Shown piece by piece: positions 14,701 through 25,700 of a stretch of 64,000 bases of DNA. The stretch lies in contig JAUCBJ010000602.1 of NCBI GenBank assembly GCA_032718475.1, positions 1-64,000 on the forward strand, given 5' to 3'. The notes beneath the pieces were generated by a model. It was not told the origin of the DNA and ran no database searches. It saw nothing but the letters and a program-made list of their open reading frames with translations. Each line of letters opens with the position of its first letter. Position 1 is the stretch's first letter. The position numbers and the translations under genes were made by a program. The stretch comes from Nemertoderma westbladi (Eukaryota; Animalia; Xenacoelomorpha).

Positions 14701-14820
14701 GCTTAACATCGTCAATGTGACACTGAATATGGAGAACGTGAATTTTCTCGGTATCAGCATTGTCGGCCAGACAAATATTGGTGGAGACGGCGGAATTTAT
14801 GTTGGATCTATTATGAAAGG
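14688..14820 (+). CDS. dvl: Dishevelled exon, PDZ N-terminal half
   Basis: ttatag|AT TCC...AAA GG|gtaagt, phase 1 to 2, 133 nt; [45 protein letters not shown] is the canonical Dvl PDZ start. Not present in the ORF track. Confidence 0.97.
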
Positions 14821-15049
14821 GTAAGTCTATCGGGTAGATCGTTATAAAACTAGTTAATTCAATTCGGACTATGTAAGTTCAATAAAATCAAGCAATATCG
14901 TATGATTTGAGGTATGAGGATGTTGATTTGATTAGAATTATAATATTTGGCGTCTATTAAAGGTTTTTATTGCACTAGTTTTTCTATTCATTATGTCATT
15001 ATTGTATTTGAATTGTTATATTTTTTGTTAAAATGCGTTAAATCGCTTA

Positions 15050-15795
15050 ATTAGTAACTCATTACGTCACTTTGAGTCACTCATTACGTCACTTTAGTAA
15101 TTCATTACGTCACTTTAGTAACTCATTACGTCACTTTAGTAACTCATTACGTCACTTTAGTAACTCATTACGTCACTTTAGTAACTCATTACGTCACTTT
15201 AGTAACTCATTATGTCACTTTAGTAACTCATTACGTCACTTTAGTAACTCATTACGTCACTTTAGTAACTCATTACGTCACTTTAGTAACTCATTACGTC
15301 ACTTTAGTAACTCATTACGTCACTTTAGTAACTCATTACGTCACTTTAGTAACTCATTACGTCACTTTAGTAACTCATTATGTCACTTTAGTAACTCATT
15401 ACGTCACTTTAGTAACTCATTACGTCACTTTAGTAACTCATTACGTCACTTTAGTAACTCATTACGTCACTTTAGTAACTCATTACGTCACTTTAGTAAC
15501 TCATTACGTCACTTTAGTAACTCATTACGTCACTTCGAGTCACTCATTACGTCACTTTAGTGACTCATTACGTCACTTCGAGTCACTCATTACGTCACTT
15601 TAGTAACTCATTACGTCACTTTAGTAACTCATTACGTCACTTTAGTAACTCATTACGTCACTTTAGTAACTCATTACGTCACTTTAGTAACTCATTACGT
15701 CACTTTAGTAACTCATTACGTCACTTTAGTAACTCATTACGTCACTTTAGTAACTCATTACGTCACTTTAGTAACTCGTTACGACACTTTAGTAA
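15050..15795 (+). repeat. 21-bp minisatellite (~35 copies)
   Basis: Unit CTCATTACGTCACTTTAGTAA; ends about 20 nt before the acceptor of PDZ exon A. Confidence 0.95.
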
Positions 15796-15814
15796 ATGAT
15801 TGCACAATGTTTAG

Positions 15815-16023
15815 CGGCGCCGTTGCTAACGACGGTCGTATCGACCCTGGTGACGTCATACTCCAAGTGAACGACGTCACCTTCGACAATCTGACCAATG
15901 ACGAGGCGGTCCATGTACTCAGAGAAGTCGCGTCTAAACCCGGCCCCGTGCGCCTCCTAGTGGCCAAGTGTTGGAACTCTACACCAGGAACTAATTCTAG
16001 TCGCTACCTAAATATTGCTAAGT
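15815..16023 (+). CDS. dvl: Dishevelled PDZ C-terminal half, alternative exon A
   Basis: tttag|C GGC GCC...AAG T|gtgagt, phase 2 to 1, 209 nt; [69 protein letters not shown]. Confidence 0.9.
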
Positions 16024-16577
16024 GTGAGTGGTGTTGCTATGGTTACCAAGTCGGTTGCCATGGTACACAAGTCGACGCAGGCATGGGAAGTCGCTGCTTT
16101 ATACTAACAACAATTTTGTTTTTTAGCTTTAATGAATGGTTTTAATAAAATTTATTAACATTAAACTAGCATTTTTTAACTAGCAACATTTAACAGTACT
16201 AAATTACTTATATTTTTTAATATTTGCTTTATTAATTTTATTAATTTATAATGAAAATATTTTTTCTTATCTCTTTGCTTCCGCTCGACCTTCTGATGTT
16301 GGTTTGTATAATTTATTATATTTATCGCATTTTATCTCATCCAAAAACACCTGTTTCATACGTGTTTCCTTTTCATTGGCTGATTCCTACGTGCCGCATG
16401 GTTCATACATTACATACTGTATAATATATTAATTGATGTTTATTGTGGCAATTACATTATCATACTGCTGTTTGCGTTCGCTTCGTTATTCTGGTGGTGT
16501 ATGTTCCCCCCCCCCCCCCCATCCCCTACCACACACTGTATTACCTCAACCCTCCCAATCTATATATCAACCCACAG

Positions 16578-16789
16578 TGGTGCCGTGGCTGCTGATGGAC
16601 GTATAGAACCCGGCGATATGATCCTACAAGTCAATGACGTCAGCTTAGAGAATCTATCCAATGACGAAGCAGTTCGTGTTCTAAGGGACGTTGTGAATAA
16701 ACCTACCCCGGGCCCTGTGCGCCTCCTAGTGGTTAAATGCTGGAACCCCAACCCTCGATTAGGTTACCTATCACTGGATAGAAATCATT
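16578..16789 (+). CDS. dvl: Dishevelled PDZ C-terminal half, alternative exon B
   Basis: cacag|T GGT GCC...CAT T|gttagt, phase 2 to 1, 212 nt; [70 protein letters not shown]. Confidence 0.92.
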
Positions 16790-17098
16790 GTTAGTCCTCT
16801 AGGTTGCTCGTTTTTGTTGTTGCTCAGATTATAGTGTGTGACCGTTTGCCATAATTATCTGACCAGCTACCCAGCAACTCTGCGCCCGAATGGAAAATAG
16901 CAAATTGTTTTTAAATAGCAAAAGTTTTTGATTGTCTCATTTCCTTCTGTTGTAAAAATTTCAATATGGCTTGATGTGGTTTGCATGCTGCTATGTTAAG
17001 TTACATTATGTTTTAGCAGGGTAATGATAATTAATACATTGGATGGCCATAACGTTACGCATGCTAGTAGGGCATAATAGATGTAAATTGCTAATTTA

Positions 17099-17363
17099 CA
17101 GCAGCAGCGTGGTCTAGTGGTGACATCACTGTGCTTCCGATTAGGGAGCCCGGGTTCGATCCCTAGATGGGGCAGCACTGTTTGGGCACAGTGCTTTAAA
17201 TGCTGCAGCATAGCCCAACCCTGGCTTTCATCCTTCAGTGGTCGATAAATGGGAACCAAGGCAACTTGGGAAACAGAGTGGAAGGGTTTACTGTGGAAGA
17301 TCACCCATGATAGTGGTGAACAGGCATTCCTTGGCTTAACGAGCCTAAAAGATTCTCCCATTC
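17099..17363 (+). mobile_element. tRNA-derived SINE with 14-bp target-site duplication
   Basis: A box TGGTCTAGTGG, B box GGTTCGATCC, central CTTTCATCCTTCAGTGGTCGATAAATGGGAACC resembling the Deu/Nin conserved SINE core; flanked by AAATTGCTAATTTA at 17085-17098 and 17364-17377. Confidence 0.85.
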
Positions 17364-17459
17364 AAATTGCTAATTTATACATCCACTTTATTTCCATTTT
17401 TTTGAACTGCGAACTACTGTAAAATTAAATAGACTAATTATTTTACCATTATAATTATA

Positions 17460-20400
17460 CCAGACTATTTATTTGTCACGTTACCATATTATCTCTGTAT
17501 CTGGTTGATTTATTTGTTACGTTACCAGATTGATGTATTTGTCACGTTACCATATTTTCTCTGTATCCGGTTGATGTATATGTCATGTTACCATACTGTC
17601 TCTTTATCTGATTGATTGATTTATTTGTCACGTTACCAGATTGATGTATTTGTCACGTTACCATATTGTCTCTGTATCTGGTTGATTTATTTATCACGTT
17701 ACCAAATTGATGTATTTGTCACGTTACCATATTTTCTCTGTATCTGGTTGATTTATTTGTCACGTTTCCAGATTTATTTATTTGTCACGTTACCATATTT
17801 TCTCTGTATCTGGTTGATTTATTTGTCACGTTTCAGATTGATGTATTTGTCACGTTACCATATTGTCTTCGTATCTGGTTGATTTATTTGTCACGTTTCA
17901 GATTGATGTATTTGTCACGTTACCATATTGTCTTTGTATCTGGTTGATTTATTTGTCACGTTACCAGATGGATGTATTTGTCACGTTACCATATTGTCTC
18001 TGTATCTGGTTAATGTATTTGTCATGTTACCATATTGTCTCTGTATCTGGTTGATGTATTTGTCACGTTACCAGATTGATGTATTTGTCACGTTACCATA
18101 TTGTCTCTGTATCTGGTTGATTTATTTGTTACGTTACCAGTTGGATGTATTTGTCACGTTACCATATTGTCTCTGTATATGGTTGATGTATTTGTCATGT
18201 TACCATATTGTCTCTGTATCTGGTTGATGTATTTGTCACGTTACCAGATTGATGTATTTGTCACGTTACCATATTGTCTCTGTATCTGGTTGATTTATTT
18301 GTTACGTTACCAGTTGGATGTATTTGTCACGTTACCATATTGTCTCTGTATATGGTTGATTTATTTGTCATGTTACCATATTGTCTCTGTATCTGGTTGA
18401 TGTATTTGTCACGTTACCAGATTGATGTATTTGTCACGTTACCATATTGTCTCTGTATCTGGTTGATTTATTTGTTACGTTACCAGTTGGATGTATTTGT
18501 CACGTTACCATATTGTCTCTGTATATGGTTGATTTATTTGTCACGTTTCAGATTGATGTATTTGTCATGTCACCATAATGTCTCTTTATCTGATTTATTT
18601 ATTTATCACGTTACCAGATTGATGTATTTGTCACGTTACCATATTTTCTCTGTATCCGGTTGATGTATATGTCATGTTACCATACTGTCTCTTTATATGA
18701 TTTATTTATTTGTCACGTTACCAGATTGTTGTATTTTGTCGCGTTACCATATTTTCTCTGTATCTGGTTGATTTATTTGTCATGTTACCAGATTGATGTA
18801 TTTGTCACGTTACCAGATTGATGTATTTGTCACTTTACCAGATTGATGTATTTGTCACGTTACCATATTTTCTCTGTATCTGGTTGATTTATTTGTCACG
18901 TTTCCAGATTGATTTATTTGTCACGTTACCATATTGATGTATTTGTAACGTTACAATATTGTCTTCCTATCTGGTTGATTTATTTGTTACGTTACCAGTT
19001 TGATGTATTTGTCACGTTACCATATTTTCTCTGTATCTGGTTGATTTATTTATCACGTTACCAGATGGATGTATTTGTCACGTTACCATATTGTCTTTGT
19101 ATCTGGTTGATTTATTTGTTACGTTACCAGTTTGATGTATTTGTCACGTTACCATATTTTCTCTGTATCTGGTTGATTTATTTGTAACGTTACCAGATGG
19201 ATGTATTTGTCACGTTACCAGATTGTCTTTGTATCTGGTTGATTTATTTGTTACGTTACCAGTTTGATGTATTTGTCACGTTACCATATTTTCTCTGTAT
19301 CTGGTTGATTTATTTGTAACGTTACCAGATGGATGTATTTGTCACGTTACCAGATTGATGTATTTGTCACGTTACCATATTGTCTTTGTATCTGGTTGAT
19401 TTATTTGTTACGTTACCAGTTTGATCTATTTGTCACGTTACCATATTTTCTCTGTATCTGGTTGATTTATTTGTCACGTTACCAGATGGGTGTATTTGTC
19501 ACGTTACCATATTGTCTCTGTATATGGTTGATTTATTTGTCACGTTACCATATTGATGTATTGTTCTCGTTATCACATTGTCTCTGTATCTGGTTGATGT
19601 ATTTGTCACGTTACCATATTGTCTCTGTATCTGGTTGATGTATTTGTCACGTTACCTGATTGATGTATTTGTCATGTTGTCATATTTTATCTGTATCCGG
19701 TTGATGTATTTGTCACGTTACCATATTGTCTTTGTATCTGGTTGATTTATTTGTCACGTTACCATATTATCTCTGTATCTGGTTCATTTATTTGTCACGT
19801 TACCAAATTGATGTATTTGTCACGTTACCAAATTGATGTATTTGTCACGTTACCAAATTGATGTATTTGTCATGTTGTCATATTTTATCTGTATCCGGTT
19901 GATGTATTTGTCACGTTACCATATTGTCTTTGTATCTGGTTGATTTATTTGTCACGTTACCAGATTGATGTATTTTGTCACGTTACCATATTGTCTCTGT
20001 ATCTGGTTGATTTATTTATTACGTTACCAGATGGATGTATTTGTCACGTTACCATATTGTCTCTGTATCTGGTTGATTTATTTGTCACGTTACCAGATTG
20101 ATGTATTTTGTCACGTTACCATATTGTCTCTGTATCTGGTTGATTTATTTGTCACGTTACCATATTGTCTCTGTATCAGGTTGATTTATTTATTACGTTA
20201 CCAGATGGATGTATTTGTCACGTTACCATATTGTCTCTGTATCTGGTTGATTTATTTGTCACGTTACCAGATTGATGTATTTTGTCACGTTACCATATTG
20301 TCCCTGTATCTGGTTGATTTATTTGTCACGTTACCAGATTGATGTATTTGTCATATTATCATATTTTATCTGTATCTGGTTGATGTATTTGTCACGTTAC

Positions 20401-22200
20401 CAGATTGATGTATTTGTCATGTTGTCATATTTTATCTGTATCCGGTTGATGTATTTGTCCCGTTACCATATTGTCTTTGTATCTGGTTGATTTATTTGTC
20501 ACGTTACCATATTGTCTCTGTATCTGGTTGATTTATTTGTTACGTTACCAGATGGATGTATTTGTCACGTTACCATATTGTCTCCGTATCTGGTTGATTT
20601 ATTTGTCACGTTACCAGATTGATGTATTTTGTCACGTTACCATATTGTCTCTGTATCTGGTTGATTTATTTGTCACGTTACCAGATTGATGTATTTGTCA
20701 TATTATCATATTTTCTCTGTATCTGGTTGATGTATTTGTCACGTTACCAGATTTATGTATTTGTCATGTTGTCATATTTTATCTGTATCCGGTTGATGTA
20801 TTTGTCACGTTACCATATTGTCTTTGTATCTGGTTGATTTATTTGTCACGTTACCATATTGTCTCTGTATCTGGTTGATTTATTTGTTACGTTACCAGAT
20901 GGATGTATTTGTCACGTTACCATATTGTCTCTGTATCTGGTTGATGTATTTGTCACGTTACCATATTGTCTTTGTATCTGGTTGATTTATTTGTCACGTT
21001 ACCATATTGTCTCTGTATCTGGTTGATTTATTTGTTACGTTACCAGATGGATGTATTTGTCACGTTACCATATTGTCTCTGTATCTGGTTGATGTATTTG
21101 TCACGTTACCAGATTGATGTATTTTTCACGTTACCATATTGTCTCTGTATCTGGTTGATGTATTTGTCATGTCACGTTACCAGATTGATGTATTTTTCAC
21201 GTTATCACATTGTCTCTGTATCTGGTTGATGTATTTGTCACGTTACCATATTGTCTTTGTATCTGGTTGATATATTTGTCACGTTACCATATTGTCTCTG
21301 TATCTGGTTGATGTATTTGTCACGTTAGCAGATTAATGTATTTGTCACGTTACCATATTGTCTCTGTATCTGGTTGATGTATTTGTCACGTTACCAGATT
21401 GATGTATTTTTCACGTTACCATATTGTCTCTGTATCTGGTTGATGTATTTGTCATGTCACGTTACCAGATTGATGTATTTTTCACGTTATCACATTGTCT
21501 CTGTATCTGGTTGATGTATTTGTCACGTTACCATATTGTCTCTGTATCTGGTTGATGTATTTGTCACGTTACCAGATAGATGTATTTGTCATGTTATCAT
21601 ATTTTCTCTGTATCTGGTTGATGTATTTGTCACGTTACCATATTGTCTTTGTATCTGGTTGATTTATTTGTCACGTTACCATATTGTCTCTGTATCTGGT
21701 TGATGTATTTGTCACGTTACCAGATTAATGTATTTGTCACGTTACCATATTGTCTCTGTATCTGGTTGATGTATTTGTCACGTTACCAGATTGATGTATT
21801 TTTCACGTTACCATATTGTCTCTGTATCTGGTTGATGTATTTGTCACGTTACCAGATTGATGTATTTTTCACGTTACCATATTGTCTCTGTATCTGGTTG
21901 ATGTATTTGTCACGTTACCAGATTGATGTATTTGTCATGTTATCATATTTTCTCTGTATCTGGTTGATTTATTTGTCACGTTACCAGATTGATGTATTTT
22001 GTCAAGTTACCATATTATCTCTATATCTGGTTGATTTATTTGTTACGTTACCAGATTGATGTATGTGTCACGTTACAATATTGTCTCTATTTCTGGTTGA
22101 TTTATCGTCAACGTTACCAAATTTTCTCTGAACCCGGACCAGATCTCGTTACCAGAGTGTTTATGTAACCTGATTGAATTATTTGCCATATTACCAGATT
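17460..22200 (+). repeat. Compound satellite of interspersed 25-bp and 41-bp related units
   Basis: TTGATGTATTTGTCACGTTACCAGA and TTGATTTATTTGTCACGTTACCATATTGTCTCTGTATCTGG alternate irregularly; the array decays at its 3' end. Confidence 0.92.
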
Positions 22201-22321
22201 ATTCCTGAATCTGTTTTAATTATTTGGACTGTTACTAGATTGTTTCTATAAAGTCCCGAATTAGCTGCCTGCAACTGATTCGTAACTGGACCTTCTTAAC
22301 TATTAACTAATGATTCCACAG

Positions 22322-22474
22322 GTGAGCCCATCCGACCAATTGACCCATCCACTTGGATTGACCAATCACGAAGCAGCAACGACTACCGGGATTACAGGAA
22401 TTCTGCCATCAGCCCATCAAGAAGTTCCGTTTCCCATAGCAGCAGTGTAAATAGTAGCGTTCCAGAATCCGAGC
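22322..22474 (+). CDS. dvl: Dishevelled exon, proline-rich/SH3-binding linker
   Basis: cacag|GT GAG CCC...GAG C|gttagt, phase 1 to 1, 153 nt; (C)EPIRPIDPSTWIDQSR...SSVNSSVPESE contains the Dvl EPIRPIDP motif. Confidence 0.95.
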
Positions 22475-22609
22475 GTTAGTACTTCTGTAAACAGTTCTAG
22501 CGTTCTAGAATACTCGAGTTGGTACCTCAGTAAAAAGTTAGCGTTCCAGAATCCTAGAGATATAGTAATAAGTTTATTTAAATGTTATTATTGTAATTAA
22601 TTATTTTAG

Positions 22610-22741
22610 GTTACGAACAAGATCGGCTAACTATTAACACTGACATTGCAACTGTTGTGAAACACTTACAACGAGATGATATCGGTTTGGACATCAGAGA
22701 CCGTCAGTGGCTCAAGATTACTATCCACGACGCCTTTATAG
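22610..22741 (+). CDS. dvl: Dishevelled exon, DEP N-terminal part
   Basis: tttag|GT TAC...ATA G|gttcgt, phase 1 to 1, 132 nt; YEQDRLTINTDIATVVKHLQRDDIGLDIRDRQWLKITIHDAFI includes the DEP WLKITI motif. Confidence 0.95.
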
Positions 22742-22780
22742 GTTCGTGTCAGCTGATTGTCACCCAACATTGTTATTAGG

Positions 22781-25700
22781 CCTGTTACCGGTACTCGCGT
22801 TATAGGTAGATCAGTAGATAGCCTGTTCCTGTTACCGGTACTCGCGTTATAGGTAGATCAGTAGATAACCTGCTACCGGTACTCGCGTTATAGGTAGATC
22901 AGTAGATAACCTGTTCCTGTTACCGGTACTCGCGTTATAGGTAGATCAGTAGATAACCTGTTCCTGTTACCGGTACTCGCGTTATAGGTAGATCAGTAGA
23001 TAACCTGTTCCTGTTACCGGTACTCGCGTTATAGGTAGATCAGTAGATAACCTGTTCCTGTTACCGGTACTCGCGTTATAGGTATATCAGTATATAACCT
23101 GTTCCTGTTACGGGTACTCGCGTTATAGGTAGATCAGTAAATAACCTGTTCCTGTTACCGGTACTCGCGTTATACAGTTATAGGTAGATCAGTAGATAAA
23201 CTGTTCCTGTTACCGGTACTCGCGTTATAGGTAGATCAGTAGATAATCTGTTACCGGTACTCGCGTTATACAGTTATAGGTAGATCAGTAGATAAACTGT
23301 TCCTGTTACCGGTACTCGCGTTATAGGTAGATCAGTAAACAACCTGTTCCTGTTACCGGTACTCGCGTTATACAGTTATAGGTAGATCAGTAGATAACCT
23401 GTTCCTGTTACCGGTACTCGCGTTATAGGTAGATCAGTAGATAACCTGTTCCTGTTACCGGTACTCGCGTTATAGGTAGATCAGTAGATAATCTGTTCCT
23501 GTTACCGGTACTCGCGTTATATGTAGATCAGTATATAACCTGTTCCTGTTACCGGTACTCGCGTTATATGTAGATCATTATATAACCTGTTCCTGTTACC
23601 GGTACTCGCGTTATATGTAGATCAGTATATAACCTGTTCCTGTTACCGGTACTCGCGTTATATGTAGATCAGTAGATAACCTGTTCCTGTTACCGGTACT
23701 CGCGTTATAGGTATATCAGTATATAACCTGTTCCTGTTACGGGTACTCGCGTTATAGGTAGATCAGTATATAACCTGTTCCTGTTACCGGTACTCGCGTT
23801 ATATGTAGATCAGTAGATAACCTGTTCCTGTTACCGGTACTCGCGTTATAGGTATATCAGTAGATAACCTGTTCCTGTTACCGGTACTCGCGTTATAGGT
23901 ATATCAGTATATAACCTGTTCCTGTTACCGGTACTCGCGTTATATGTAGATCAGTAGATAACCTGTTCCTGTTACCGGTACTCGCGTTATAGGTAGATCA
24001 GTAGATAACCTGTTCCTGTTACCGGTACTCGCGTTATAGGTAGATCAGTAGATAAACTGTTCCTGCTACCGGTACTCGCGTTATAGGTAGATCAGTAGAT
24101 AACCTGTTCCTGTTACCGGTACTCGCGTTATATGTAGATCAGTAGATAAACTGTTCCTGTTACCGGTACTCGCGTTATACAGTTATAGGTAGATCAGTAG
24201 ATAAACTGTTCCTGCTACCGGTACTCGCGTTATAGGTAGATCAGTAGATAACCTGTTCCTGTTACCGGTACTCGCGTTATAGGTAGATCAGTAGATAACC
24301 TGTTCCTGTTACCGGTACTCGCGTTATAGGTAGATCAGTAGATACTACTACTACTAGGATCTGCATTGCAGCTGCATTTTTAAGAATGCTGTGCCGGCTT
24401 GTCAACAAAATTGCACCGCCACAACTCCCTATCACCCATGACATTTGCTAGATCATCCGCATCTTTAAGGGCAGTGTCCTTTAAGATGCGTCTCAAGAAA
24501 GTCATGGGCTGTCCACCATGCTTATTCACTCCATGAGGCTGCCAAAGTACAAGATTATGCACTGGCTGGTCCTCACGGCGAAAGCAATGTCCTGCAAAGC
24601 GGAGGCGATTTTGTTCTAGTGTCAAGCTTGGGGGAACCAAAGAGACACCTCCAATGTTATATAGTGTCTGGTTGGAGATGTGTGCATTGTACTTGACACA
24701 ATGTACCCGGCGTAGCATTCTTGTGAATGTGCCATCCAGAGATTTGGTGTCCTCAGCAGTTAGAGCCCAGCATGGACTCCCGTAGAGGAGTACTGGAACT
24801 ACTGCTGCTCTAAATAATCGGACCTTAAGTTTCCGATTAATTCTAGGTGACTTCCAAATCCTGGAAAGCCTATTCAAGGCTGCCCATGCCTTTCCCTTAC
24901 GTATTCGAAGGTCCTCACCTGACTTCCGGATCCATGATCCCAGGTAACAGAAGTCGTCCACATGCTCAAGCATACCATCCTTTGAGCTTATGCTCATCCG
25001 ATCAGAGACTTGCTGAGGACTTTCAAAGTTAACTGTCAGAATTTTGGTCTTTCTGGAGTTAATAAAAAGACCAACACTAGAAGCAGCATGTTCTAATGAG
25101 CTGAGGAGCCGCTGGGCTCCCTCTAATGATTCTGAGAGTACTCCTAAGTCATCAGCAAAGTCTAGATCAGTTAGGTACTTGGCAGGATTTCCTCGACTTC
25201 TGGAGCCAGTAGGTGGAGTTATCATCACCCCATCATCATTATAATGATCTAAGGACATGCGTAGAACATAGTCAACCACAATAATGAACAAGAATGGTGC
25301 AAGTGTGTCTCCTTGGAGGACGCCCCATAACACTTCAAATGGTTCTGTGTCACCGTCAACAGTAGACACAAATGTTGTCGAACCATCGTATACTGATCTG
25401 ATTGCTGCAACAATTTCATCAGGAATCCCATATAATGAAAGTATGCTGAACATACGTGAGCGAGAGACTGAATCAAAGGCCTTGAAGAAGTCAACAAAGA
25501 TAACAGCCAGATGCCTGTCTTTCTTTTTTGATAACTCTTCAATTATCCTTCTAAGTGCCAAAATGGGCTCCATAGTCCCACGACCTTTACGGAACCCATT
25601 CTGATTTCCACGTAGCAGTCTCTCAATGGGATCCCTGATGCGATTTAATAGAATTCTATTGTATAGTTTTGCAGCAATCGAGATCAATGAGATTCCCCGA

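Noticed and set aside
17104-17176. tRNA gene
   Set aside because: A and B boxes are present, but it continues into a SINE body with a TSD and I could not build a convincing cloverleaf.
17460-22200. 25/41-bp compound satellite as another junction repeat, or its hydrophobic ORFs as membrane proteins
   Set aside because: No match to the flanking real splice junctions; the ORFs are repeat translations.
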